DNA of 44,976 nucleotides from an uncultured Lachnoclostridium sp. (GTDB taxonomy: Bacteria; Bacillota; Clostridia; Lachnospirales; Lachnospiraceae). The stretch is from positions 1 through 44,976 of the forward strand of contig CAMZEW010000001.1 of assembly GCA_947305875.1 (NCBI GenBank), read 5' to 3'. Both the position numbers and the translations under genes were made by a program. Below are positions 27,684 through 35,855 of this stretch, piece after piece. Each line of letters starts with the position of its first letter. Position 1 is the first letter of the stretch. Under the pieces are notes generated by a model. That model was not told the origin of the DNA. It searched no databases and saw only the letters and a list, made by a program, of their open reading frames with translations.

Positions 27684-28076
27684 ATGCAGGAAGTATATGA
27701 TTTTTTAAAGGCTTGCGGGACCTATTATCTCGCGACGGTTGACGGGGATCAGCCGAGAGTTCGGCCGTTTGGAACGGTTGACATCTTCGAGGGGAAGCTT
27801 TACATCCAGACCGGTAAGGTAAAGGACGTTTCGAAACAGCTTCACGCAAATCCGAAAGCGGAAATCTGTGCTTTCATGAATGGACAGTGGATCCGCGTGG
27901 CCGGCAAGCTCATTGCGGACGACCGCAGGGAAGCAAAAGCGCATATGCTTGAAAGCTATCCGCAGCTTCGCGGCATGTACAACGAGGATGACGGCAACAC
28001 CGAAGTATTCTACTTTGAGGACGCGACCGCGACATTCGCTTCGTTCGGCGGAGCGCCGAAGGTTGTAACGTTTTAA
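27684..28076 (+). CDS. Pyridoxamine 5'-phosphate oxidase-like FMN-binding protein
   Basis: MQEVYDFLKACGTYYLATVDGDQPRVRPFGT...FEGKLYIQTGKVK is typical of the clostridial PNPOx-like family. AAAGGAGGG SD. Confidence 0.82.
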   Translation: MQEVYDFLKACGTYYLATVDGDQPRVRPFGTVDIFEGKLYIQTGKVKDVSKQLHANPKAEICAFMNGQWIRVAGKLIADDRREAKAHMLESYPQLRGMYNEDDGNTEVFYFEDATATFASFGGAPKVVTF

Positions 28077-28082
28077 GGAATC

Positions 28083-28113
28083 GGGAATCCTCCGCGGAGG
28101 GTTCCCTTTTTTT
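28083..28113 (+). terminator. Rho-independent terminator
   Basis: GGGAATCCTCCG/CGGAGGGTTCCC hairpin followed by seven T residues. Confidence 0.8.
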
Positions 28114-28176
28114 GAGCGATAAGCGAGAGCCCTCGATGTGAGGTTACTCACGAGGGTGCGATAAAGAGGACAGAAA

Positions 28177-29811
28177 ATGATAAATCCGATAACAAGAACC
28201 GATTATCCCGACCCCGACGTTATCCGGGTCGGTAAAGTGTTTTATATGATCAGCACGACGATGTATTTCTTCCCGGGCGGGGAGATTCTCCGCTCGTATG
28301 ACCTTGTGCACTGGGAGATTGCGGCGCGCATCTTCGATTCGATTGACGGAACCGACGCCGAGAAGCTTTGCAACGGTCAGAACGCTTACGGCAAAGGCAT
28401 GTGGGCGGCTTCGCTCCGCTATCATGACGGGAAGTTTTATGTGCTGTTCGTGAGCCACGGGCAGGAGGATACGCATCTTTATATTGCCGACAGGGTGAAA
28501 GGACCTTGGGAGCATAAGCGGATTAAAGGCTATTATCACGATGCGTCGCTTCTTTTTGATGACGACGGGCGCGTATTCGTAACGTCCGGCAACATGCAGA
28601 TTCACCTGACCGAGCTTTCTTCGGACCTGTCGGGACCGAAGCCCGGCGGGATTGATCAAATCATCATCAAGGATGACCCGGAGCAGGTATTTCTCGGGTA
28701 TGAAGGGTCTCACTTTTATAAGATTGGCGGACGGTATTATATAACGTTGATTCACTGGCCGAAGGCCGTATCAAGGCGCACGGAAGCCGTGTTCGTATCG
28801 GACCGCGTCGAAGGCCCGTACGTCGGCAGGGATGTCTGCTCGGACGACATGGGTTATCACGGGCAGGGCGTTGCGCAGGGGGGAATCGTCGATACGCCGG
28901 ACGGACATTGGTATTCAATCATGTTCCGGGATTCGGGAGCAATCGGAAGGGTTCCCGTACTTACGCCGGTGACGTTCCGGACCGGCTGCAGCGAGGGATT
29001 CCGGGACGGAATGAGCGGAGAAGCTGAGAAACCCGGCGGATTCCGCGAAGGCCTCACCGGCGAACCGGTTGCGCTCAGAGAAGGTGTCCCCTTCCCCGAA
29101 TTCGGCAGGAACGGATTGATTCCGGAAGATTTTGAAACCCCGGATTTGAACCCGGAATATGAATACGAACCGTTGTTTATATCGGATGATTTCGCTTTTA
29201 CAGGCGAACTGCAGCCCGCACTCAAGCCGCAATGGCAGTGGAATCACATTCCCGACAATGCGAACTGGCGGATTGCACCGGGGGGCGGCCTGGCGATTAC
29301 GACCGGGCGGGTAGATACCAACCTTGTGCAGGCAAGGAATGTTCTCACACAGCGGATGTGCTTTCCGACCTGTGCGGGAGAAGTGACAATAGACGCGACG
29401 GAAATCAAAGAGGGCGATTTCGCCGGGCTTTGCGTTCACCAGGGCTGCTACGGTATGATCGCCGTGACGAAGACCGGCGGCGCTTACGAATTAGTCCGTC
29501 TGATAAAACCGGAACCCGTTAAGGGTTTCGGCATCGGCAGCAACGACCTTGAACCCGGCGTCATCACCGACCGGATTCCACTCGACGGACCTATCGCCCG
29601 GCTCCGAATCGACGCGGACTTCACCGACATGGTTGACACCGCGCAATTCTCCTACGGGAAGGACGGTACTTTCGTTAACCTCGGAGGCCCGCGCAAGCTT
29701 GCCTTCCGCCTCGACCATTTCACCGGCGCGCGCTTCGGTCTGTGCATCTTCTCCACGAAGGAACCCGGCGGCACCGCCGTCTTCCGGGAGTTCCGCCGTT
29801 TTGAAGAATAA
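28177..29811 (+). CDS. Glycoside hydrolase family 43 (beta-xylosidase / alpha-L-arabinofuranosidase type) with a C-terminal beta-sandwich domain
   Basis: Contains DYPDPDVIRVGKVFYMISTTM, GMWAASLRYHDGKFY and YEGSHFYKIGGRYY. No signal peptide. Confidence 0.88.
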   Translation: MINPITRTDYPDPDVIRVGKVFYMISTTMYFFPGGEILRSYDLVHWEIAARIFDSIDGTDAEKLCNGQNAYGKGMWAASLRYHDGKFYVLFVSHGQEDTHLYIADRVKGPWEHKRIKGYYHDASLLFDDDGRVFVTSGNMQIHLTELSSDLSGPKPGGIDQIIIKDDPEQVFLGYEGSHFYKIGGRYYITLIHWPKAVSRRTEAVFVSDRVEGPYVGRDVCSDDMGYHGQGVAQGGIVDTPDGHWYSIMFRDSGAIGRVPVLTPVTFRTGCSEGFRDGMSGEAEKPGGFREGLTGEPVALREGVPFPEFGRNGLIPEDFETPDLNPEYEYEPLFISDDFAFTGELQPALKPQWQWNHIPDNANWRIAPGGGLAITTGRVDTNLVQARNVLTQRMCFPTCAGEVTIDATEIKEGDFAGLCVHQGCYGMIAVTKTGGAYELVRLIKPEPVKGFGIGSNDLEPGVITDRIPLDGPIARLRIDADFTDMVDTAQFSYGKDGTFVNLGGPRKLAFRLDHFTGARFGLCIFSTKEPGGTAVFREFRRFEE

Positions 29812-29815
29812 AAAA

Positions 29816-29887
29816 GCCGGTTCCGCGAAACAGTGCGGCTCGGACCAATTCAGCTTGGTCTGAGCCGCATTGCTTCGAAAGGAACCG
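29816..29887. terminator. Compound inverted repeat / bidirectional terminator between the convergent GH43 and DMT genes
   Basis: The outer stem is CCGGTTCC/GGAACCGG. It encloses a 14-bp inner stem TGCGGCTCGGACCA/TGGTCTGAGCCGCA. Confidence 0.6.
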
Positions 29888-29912
29888 GTGTTGTTATGTC
29901 CCGTTTAGCCGG

Positions 29913-30884
29913 CTACTCCGCCAACCCCTCGGAAATTCCGAGCAGTATGATGCCGACGATAACGGTTAGTACGCAGGCATACTGGGAAGCCTTGAGCTTT
30001 TCCTTGATGATGATTCGCGACAGGATAACCGACACGATGCAGTACGAAGCGACCATCGGGGCCGCGAGCATCGGATTTTTCGCCATCGCGTAAACATAGA
30101 AGACCTGACCGAACTCTTCGCAGCAGGCCGCGATGCCCTTGTTTCGCTCGCTCTTAGCGAACGGATTGTAGAAGGAGCCGGTCTTAATGCGAAGAAAGAT
30201 GTAGCATACGATTCCCGCCACGAAAAATGTGATGCCGTACAGAATAATCACGTCAATCTCGCCGATTCCGAGCCCGGTTTCATCATCGAGGATGATTCCG
30301 TCCGCCGCGGTTCCGATTGTATCGAAAACGCAATAGAGAATCGGGAAGAGAAGGGCAAGCGCGCCGATGCGGTAGCGCCGGTCTTCTTTCGGAAGCTCGG
30401 ATTCCCTCGAAGCAATCCGCTTCTCGACAACCGCAAGCGCAATCACTCCGAGCACGATTAAAGCCGAGCCGATAATGTCAAGCGCACCGAATTCGTCCGT
30501 GAAGCTTGTAATCTTACCGACGAACAGGAAGTATACGAACATGAAAACCGCCGAGAGCGCGCCCGAAGCGTTCTGCACCGGCGAAACAATCGAAAGTTCG
30601 AGATAACGAAGCCCCGCGTAGCCGATGACCATCGAAATGATGTAGCAAAGCGATGCAGGCGAATACTTTAAGGACATCTTCAGAAACGAAGCGAGCGAGA
30701 AATCCTCCTTCAAAGTCTCGGAAAGCGGGAACAGCGCGAAAGCGCACACGCCCATCACCAGCCCTACCCAGACAGCAATCTTCAGGTGCGAATAGCGGTC
30801 GTCCTCGTCGGTTCCTTTTTTATAAAACAGGTCCGCGAAGCCCCAGCCGAGAAGGCAGATTAAAGCAAAGAAAAACCATGACAT
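29913..30884 (-). CDS. DMT-superfamily (EamA-like) transporter
   Basis: Ten hydrophobic segments. N-terminus MSWFFFALICLLGWGFADLFYKKG. Confidence 0.7.
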   Translation of the reverse strand: MSWFFFALICLLGWGFADLFYKKGTDEDDRYSHLKIAVWVGLVMGVCAFALFPLSETLKEDFSLASFLKMSLKYSPASLCYIISMVIGYAGLRYLELSIVSPVQNASGALSAVFMFVYFLFVGKITSFTDEFGALDIIGSALIVLGVIALAVVEKRIASRESELPKEDRRYRIGALALLFPILYCVFDTIGTAADGIILDDETGLGIGEIDVIILYGITFFVAGIVCYIFLRIKTGSFYNPFAKSERNKGIAACCEEFGQVFYVYAMAKNPMLAAPMVASYCIVSVILSRIIIKEKLKASQYACVLTVIVGIILLGISEGLAE

Positions 30885-31118
30885 TTGTCGTTCCCCCTAA
30901 GGTGCATAATTGCGCGCACGCGCGGGCACACTGTGTGAATTATATAAAAGAACGCCCTCTAAGTCAATCATTTCCTGACGCGTCGGGTTGTCTTTCAGCG
31001 GAAAATGTGATATTTTTAATCAAACGTTAATCTTTCTCACATTGTCATTTCATCTTGCTTTGTTAGGATTAAGCCATCGAAAGCACGAGACACGTGCAGA
31101 AAGAAAGGAAACGAGATC

Positions 31119-31667
31119 ATGGATAGAGAAGAGAAGATTACGAAGCTTTGCGAGAAGGTAATGGTTACGAGAGAAGAAGCCGAAGCGGCGCTCGCAGCCA
31201 ATGATGACGATATTCTGGACGCTGTCCTTTACCTTGAGGCACTCGGAAGAATCCGCAATCCGAAGGCAGCGCAATATGCCGAGGAGAGCTACGAGGAGCC
31301 TGTAAAGAAACAGTGCAAGAAAGAGAAGCACAAGAGCGAGTCCTTCGGCGAACTGCTCGGACGGTTCTGCCGCTGGTGCGTAAAGATGATCAAGGCCGGT
31401 TGCGAGAACTACCTCGACATCGAGAAGGAAGGCGAGACGGTTGTAAAGATTCCGCTTATCATTCCGGCAATTCTTTTGATTCCGTGCTTCTGGCTGATTG
31501 CGATTCTGATGATCATCGGACTGTTCTGCGGACTGCATTATTCGTTCAGCGGTCCCGCATTCAGCAAGGATAACCGCTTCAACGAAGCAGCAGGCAAGGC
31601 TTCCGACCGCACGCAGAAGTTCAAGAACGACTTCAACCGCGGTTACTATATGGACGATCAGGAGTAA
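31119..31667 (+). CDS. Membrane protein with an N-terminal UBA / EF-Ts-N-like domain (DUF4342-like context)
   Basis: VTREEAEAALAANDDDILDAVLYLEA resembles the UBA/TS-N helix pair. Central TM segments IPLIIPAILLIPCFWLIAILMIIGLF. Confidence 0.6.
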   Translation: MDREEKITKLCEKVMVTREEAEAALAANDDDILDAVLYLEALGRIRNPKAAQYAEESYEEPVKKQCKKEKHKSESFGELLGRFCRWCVKMIKAGCENYLDIEKEGETVVKIPLIIPAILLIPCFWLIAILMIIGLFCGLHYSFSGPAFSKDNRFNEAAGKASDRTQKFKNDFNRGYYMDDQE

Positions 31668-31725
31668 AAAGCGGACCGCGGGGCAGAGGATACTGACGCG
31701 GTCCGAACACACTTAGGAGGATTAC

Positions 31726-32412
31726 ATGGCAGTTCGGGTTTTAATTGTAGAGGATGAAGAGCAGATTGCCCGCTTTACGGAGCTGGAGCTTCGCCACGAG
31801 GGGTACGAGGTCGCCAAGGCAATGGACGGACGTACCGGGCTTTCGATGGCGGAGGAAGGCAATTACGACATCGTTCTTTTAGACATCATGTTGCCCGAAC
31901 TGAACGGGCTTGAAGTGCTTCGGAGGCTTCGGAAGACATCGGATGTTCCGGTGATTCTTCTGACCGCCCGCGATGCGGTTATGGACAAGGTGTCCGGCTT
32001 AGATTCGGGCGCGGACGACTACGTGACCAAACCGTTCGCCATTGAAGAGCTGCTGGCGCGCATCCGTGTCGCGCTCAAGAAGAAGGCTGCCGCGAAGCCC
32101 GCAGAGGATGAGACTGCGCTGACCTACGGAAAACTCAAAGTGAACGTTTCCGCCTACAGCGTGACCTACGACGGCAACCCGATTGAACTCAGTAAGCGCG
32201 AGTTTGACCTTCTCGCGATTCTTCTTCAGAACCGGAATATCGTCCTCTCCCGCGACACGCTTCTCGGGAAGGTGTGCGGCTATGACTATTTCGGTGAGAC
32301 AAATGTGATCGATGTTTATGTGCGCCATGTCCGGAGCAAGATTGACGAGCCTTACGGCATCAATCTGATACAGACCGTGCGCGGCGTGGGGTATGTGATA
32401 AAGGATGAGTAA
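31726..32412 (+). CDS. OmpR-family response regulator
   Basis: Receiver domain (LLDIMLPELNG, DDYVTKPF) plus winged helix (TVRGVGYVI). Confidence 0.92.
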   Translation: MAVRVLIVEDEEQIARFTELELRHEGYEVAKAMDGRTGLSMAEEGNYDIVLLDIMLPELNGLEVLRRLRKTSDVPVILLTARDAVMDKVSGLDSGADDYVTKPFAIEELLARIRVALKKKAAAKPAEDETALTYGKLKVNVSAYSVTYDGNPIELSKREFDLLAILLQNRNIVLSRDTLLGKVCGYDYFGETNVIDVYVRHVRSKIDEPYGINLIQTVRGVGYVIKDE

Positions 32413-33712
32413 GATGAACCAGGCAGACCAGCAGGCAAAAGAACGCAAGCGGAAGATGAAATCGACCGCGGGCAAGATCCACCGCCTCTTCCTCGGGAAA
32501 ATTCTGCTGATATTCCTCTTCTTCGATGTGGCGCTCGCGGGCCTTTTCGTGGCCGGAACGGTTTACCTCGAAGAAAAGGCGCTGACGGGAGAATTTTCGA
32601 CCGATACGGCGATAGACGTGCGTTCTGTTGAAGACCAAAATTTAGAAATCACATTTGACGATGGGGATAACCACTATACGTGGACGCCCTCGGAGGATTT
32701 CCGCGACATCGTCACGTTCGGCAGCGCGGGAATACTCGGGTTACAGGCATTTATCTTTCTTTGGGCATTTCTGTTCTACCGCTTCCCGATCCGCCGCCGG
32801 TTAAGACCGCTCCGCGAGATGGCCGAGTCGGCACAGATGCTTACGTCGCTTGACTGGGAGCAGGAGAAGATGCGCAACCTGACATACGCAATCAGTCATC
32901 TGGATGCGGAGTCCGGAACGCCCCGTCTTGAGATGCACGACAGCGAGCTTGCCGGGATTGAAAATGCGATGAATGACCTTTTGGACCGCATGCGCGAATC
33001 CTATCGCGAGCAGACGCGTTTCGTAAGCGACGCTTCGCATGAGCTCCGCACCCCGATTGCGGTAATCAAGGGGTATGCGGACATGCTCGACCGCTGGGGC
33101 AAGGAAGACCAGCAGGTTCTCGAGGAAGGCATTGCGGCAATCCGCAGTGAGTCCGACCGCATGAATACGCTTGTGGAGCAGCTGCTGTTCCTGGCGCGCG
33201 GTGACTCCGGCAGACAGCATCTGACGATGGAGTCGGTCAATCTGACTGCGCTTATGCAGGAAGTCTACGACGAATCGGTCATGATCGATCAGAACCATCA
33301 CTACGAACTGCAGAAGGAGCCCGGCGATATCGTCTGCTTCGGCGATTACGGAATGCTCAAGCAATCCGTCCGGATATTGGTCGATAACGCGGCGAAATAT
33401 ACCACGGAAGGCGATACGATCTCGCTCCGCGTCGGAATCAACCGCCAGCGCCTCTGCCCGTACGTATCCGTACAGGATAACGGCATCGGAATGAGCCGTG
33501 AGGACGTGCAGCACATCTTTGAACGGTTCTACCGCTCCGATGTCGCAAGAAACAGCAAAACCGGCGGAACAGGCCTCGGTCTTTCGATCGCCAAATGGAT
33601 CATAGACCGCCATCGCGGCACGATTGAGGTGTTAAGCCGCGAGGAGATCGGAACCCGCTTCACAATCTATCTGCAGACCGCCCCGGAACAGAACGAGGTC
33701 GTCGTACAGTAA
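32405..33712 (+). CDS. Sensor histidine kinase (HisKA and HATPase_c)
   Basis: H-box SDASHELRTPIAVIKGY, N-box DNAAKYT, G2 motif GGTGLGLSIAK, and two N-terminal TM segments. Overlaps the response regulator stop by 8 nt. Confidence 0.9.
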   Translation: MSKMNQADQQAKERKRKMKSTAGKIHRLFLGKILLIFLFFDVALAGLFVAGTVYLEEKALTGEFSTDTAIDVRSVEDQNLEITFDDGDNHYTWTPSEDFRDIVTFGSAGILGLQAFIFLWAFLFYRFPIRRRLRPLREMAESAQMLTSLDWEQEKMRNLTYAISHLDAESGTPRLEMHDSELAGIENAMNDLLDRMRESYREQTRFVSDASHELRTPIAVIKGYADMLDRWGKEDQQVLEEGIAAIRSESDRMNTLVEQLLFLARGDSGRQHLTMESVNLTALMQEVYDESVMIDQNHHYELQKEPGDIVCFGDYGMLKQSVRILVDNAAKYTTEGDTISLRVGINRQRLCPYVSVQDNGIGMSREDVQHIFERFYRSDVARNSKTGGTGLGLSIAKWIIDRHRGTIEVLSREEIGTRFTIYLQTAPEQNEVVVQ

Positions 33713-33727
33713 AAGAGAGCATGGAAA

Positions 33728-33751
33728 AAGCCCGGCAGTGATGCCGGGCTT
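33728..33751. terminator. Hairpin terminator between the convergent HK and CDF genes
   Basis: AAGCCCGGCA-gtga-TGCCGGGCTT with an A-run 5' and a T-rich stretch 3'. Confidence 0.7.
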
Positions 33752-33765
33752 CCTTGTGTCTTGGG

Positions 33766-34941
33766 TTATTCTTTCGAACTCATCTTATAATCGACATTGA
33801 TTACGCAGAAATAAGTATCGCCTATGGTACGGGTTACTTCGCCCATGATCTTCTTCTTAATCTCTTCGACATGATCGGAGAGGCGGAACGGAAGGACGAT
33901 ATCGAAAATCAGGTTCGTGTGGGTCGGACCGCATACAACACGGAAATCGTGCATTGTAAGTTCGGAATCAACATCCGTGATGATGGTCTTCACCTGATTC
34001 CGAAGTGCGTCCACCTGCGGGTCGTTCGTTACAATCGGATCCATGTGGATGGTCGCGAGGCACGAAAGCTTCGTGCAGAGCGTGTACTCGAGGTTGTCAA
34101 TGATATCGTGGATGGCAAGAATGTCGCCCTCTGCAGGAACCTCTGCATGAAGCGAGATAATGCGCCGCCCCGGGCCGTAATCGTGCACAATCAGGTCATG
34201 TAGCCCGAGAATCGAAGGGTCGAAACCGATTACGATATCCTCAACGGATTTGACAAACTCGGGATCCGGCGGTGCGCCGAGCAGCGGGTCAACCGTTTCT
34301 TTGGCCGCCTTGAAACCGGCAATCAGAATGAAGATGCCGACGAGAATACCGAACCAGCCGTCCAGTTTCCACGAGAAGAAGTGTTCAAGAAGCGTCGCAA
34401 TCAATACGGCTGTCGTTGCAAGGCAGTCACTTAAGCTGTCGGTTGCCGTGGCGCGAAGCGTAGCGGAATTAATCTTCTTTCCGACGCGGGTATTGTAGAA
34501 GGCCATGTAACATTTGACGAGAATCGAAGCAATCAGAATGATCAGCACAACCGGCGACCAGTTGGTTGCTTCGGGGTGCAGAATCTTGCCGACCGATTCC
34601 TTGATCAGTTCGTAAGCCATGACAAGGATGACGCCCGAGATAATCAGTCCGGCGACGTATTCGAGCCGGCCGTGCCCGTACGGGTGCTCCGCATCGGGTT
34701 TCTGCTCCGAAAGCCGGAACGAGACGAGCGAAACGACCGAAGAACCGGCGTCCGAAAGGTTGTTGAACGCGTCGGCCGTGATGGCAATCGAGGAACTTAG
34801 AATCCCGGCGAACAGCTTGCCTGCGAAAAGCACCAGATTCAGAAAGATTCCGACCGCGCCGCAGAGCTTGCCGTAGAAGCCGCGCCTGCGGTCCTCGGGA
34901 AGCGCGTCCGCATGGAACAGTTTGGAAAGATAAGTAATCAT
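33766..34941 (-). CDS. Cation diffusion facilitator family transporter
   Basis: Contains ITADAFNNLSDAGSS and HPYGHGRLEY, plus a C-terminal cytoplasmic domain. Confidence 0.88.
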   Translation of the reverse strand: MITYLSKLFHADALPEDRRRGFYGKLCGAVGIFLNLVLFAGKLFAGILSSSIAITADAFNNLSDAGSSVVSLVSFRLSEQKPDAEHPYGHGRLEYVAGLIISGVILVMAYELIKESVGKILHPEATNWSPVVLIILIASILVKCYMAFYNTRVGKKINSATLRATATDSLSDCLATTAVLIATLLEHFFSWKLDGWFGILVGIFILIAGFKAAKETVDPLLGAPPDPEFVKSVEDIVIGFDPSILGLHDLIVHDYGPGRRIISLHAEVPAEGDILAIHDIIDNLEYTLCTKLSCLATIHMDPIVTNDPQVDALRNQVKTIITDVDSELTMHDFRVVCGPTHTNLIFDIVLPFRLSDHVEEIKKKIMGEVTRTIGDTYFCVINVDYKMSSKE

Positions 34942-34958
34942 ATAACGCTCCTCTGTTG

Positions 34959-35693
34959 TCAGCCGTTATAGTCATAAAACAGTTTATCAAGCAATCCGTC
35001 GAGCTCCGACGAGTCGCCGAGCGAAGCCTTAATAAGCGCGCCGGTGTTCTTCGCCATAAGGCGGAAATAAAGGCCGTCGCCGAGTTCGTCCTGCTTGCGG
35101 GTGGAATTCAGGAGGTAGTTCTTCCGAAGCACACCGTACTTTTTCCCGACCGCCTTTCCGTAGCGCCTGAGGGCCTTCGCGGTTGCAACGTCCTCCATCG
35201 CCTTGATATCCGTGAAGCCGCCGACGGCAAGGAACGTCTCCCGTTCCGCCCAGAAGATTCCGCAGTACAGTCCCGTTGCGGCAAATGCCACACGGCACAT
35301 CAGATCATTCAGCCAAAGCAGAAACGAATACCGCTCGAACCGCATCGGAGCGCCTCCGCCGATGTACTTTCCGGTAGAAAGAAGGTCGCGGATTTCGGCG
35401 AGCGTTCCTTTGGTCATGCGATTGTCCGCATCGATGGTCACGATGATGCGTCCGGTTGCGGCGAGGATGCCGTCGTTACGCACCTTTGCGATGGAGCGGA
35501 CCTCGTTCGAAACGGTTCTGGCGCCGGCTTCCGAAGCAATTTCTTCGGTCCGGTCGGTACAGCGGTTGCAGACGACGATGATTTCGGTTTCCCTGCCGGC
35601 AAATTCAGCCGCCCGCCGAACCGAGCGGATGCAGCGGCGGATGTATTTCTCCTCGTTATGAGCGGGAATGATTACCGAAAAAACGGGATTCAT
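34959..35693 (-). CDS. Family 2 glycosyltransferase
   Basis: Contains FSVIIPAHNEEKYIRRCIRSV and TIDADN. The start at 35693 has an AAAGGAG SD. It lies 17 nt upstream of the CDF gene. Confidence 0.82.
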   Translation of the reverse strand: MNPVFSVIIPAHNEEKYIRRCIRSVRRAAEFAGRETEIIVVCNRCTDRTEEIASEAGARTVSNEVRSIAKVRNDGILAATGRIIVTIDADNRMTKGTLAEIRDLLSTGKYIGGGAPMRFERYSFLLWLNDLMCRVAFAATGLYCGIFWAERETFLAVGGFTDIKAMEDVATAKALRRYGKAVGKKYGVLRKNYLLNSTRKQDELGDGLYFRLMAKNTGALIKASLGDSSELDGLLDKLFYDYNG

Positions 35694-35778
35694 CGCGGTC
35701 TCCTTTCGCGGCTTTCTTATTCGCCTATCATAGCACAACAAGACGGGTTTCTCAAGCGGTGCTTTTTCGGAAAGACGG

Positions 35779-35807
35779 TTGTCTGCGGCTAATCAATCTG
35801 CTATAAT
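35779..35807 (+). promoter_or_regulatory. Putative sigma-A promoter for copA (TTGTCT-17 nt-TATAAT, with TG at -15)
   Basis: Perfect -10 hexamer preceded by TGC. Confidence 0.55.
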
Positions 35808-35855
35808 AATCTTTTGGAGAGAAAAGAAGGAGAACGCGCGGAAAGGCAGGGGAAA

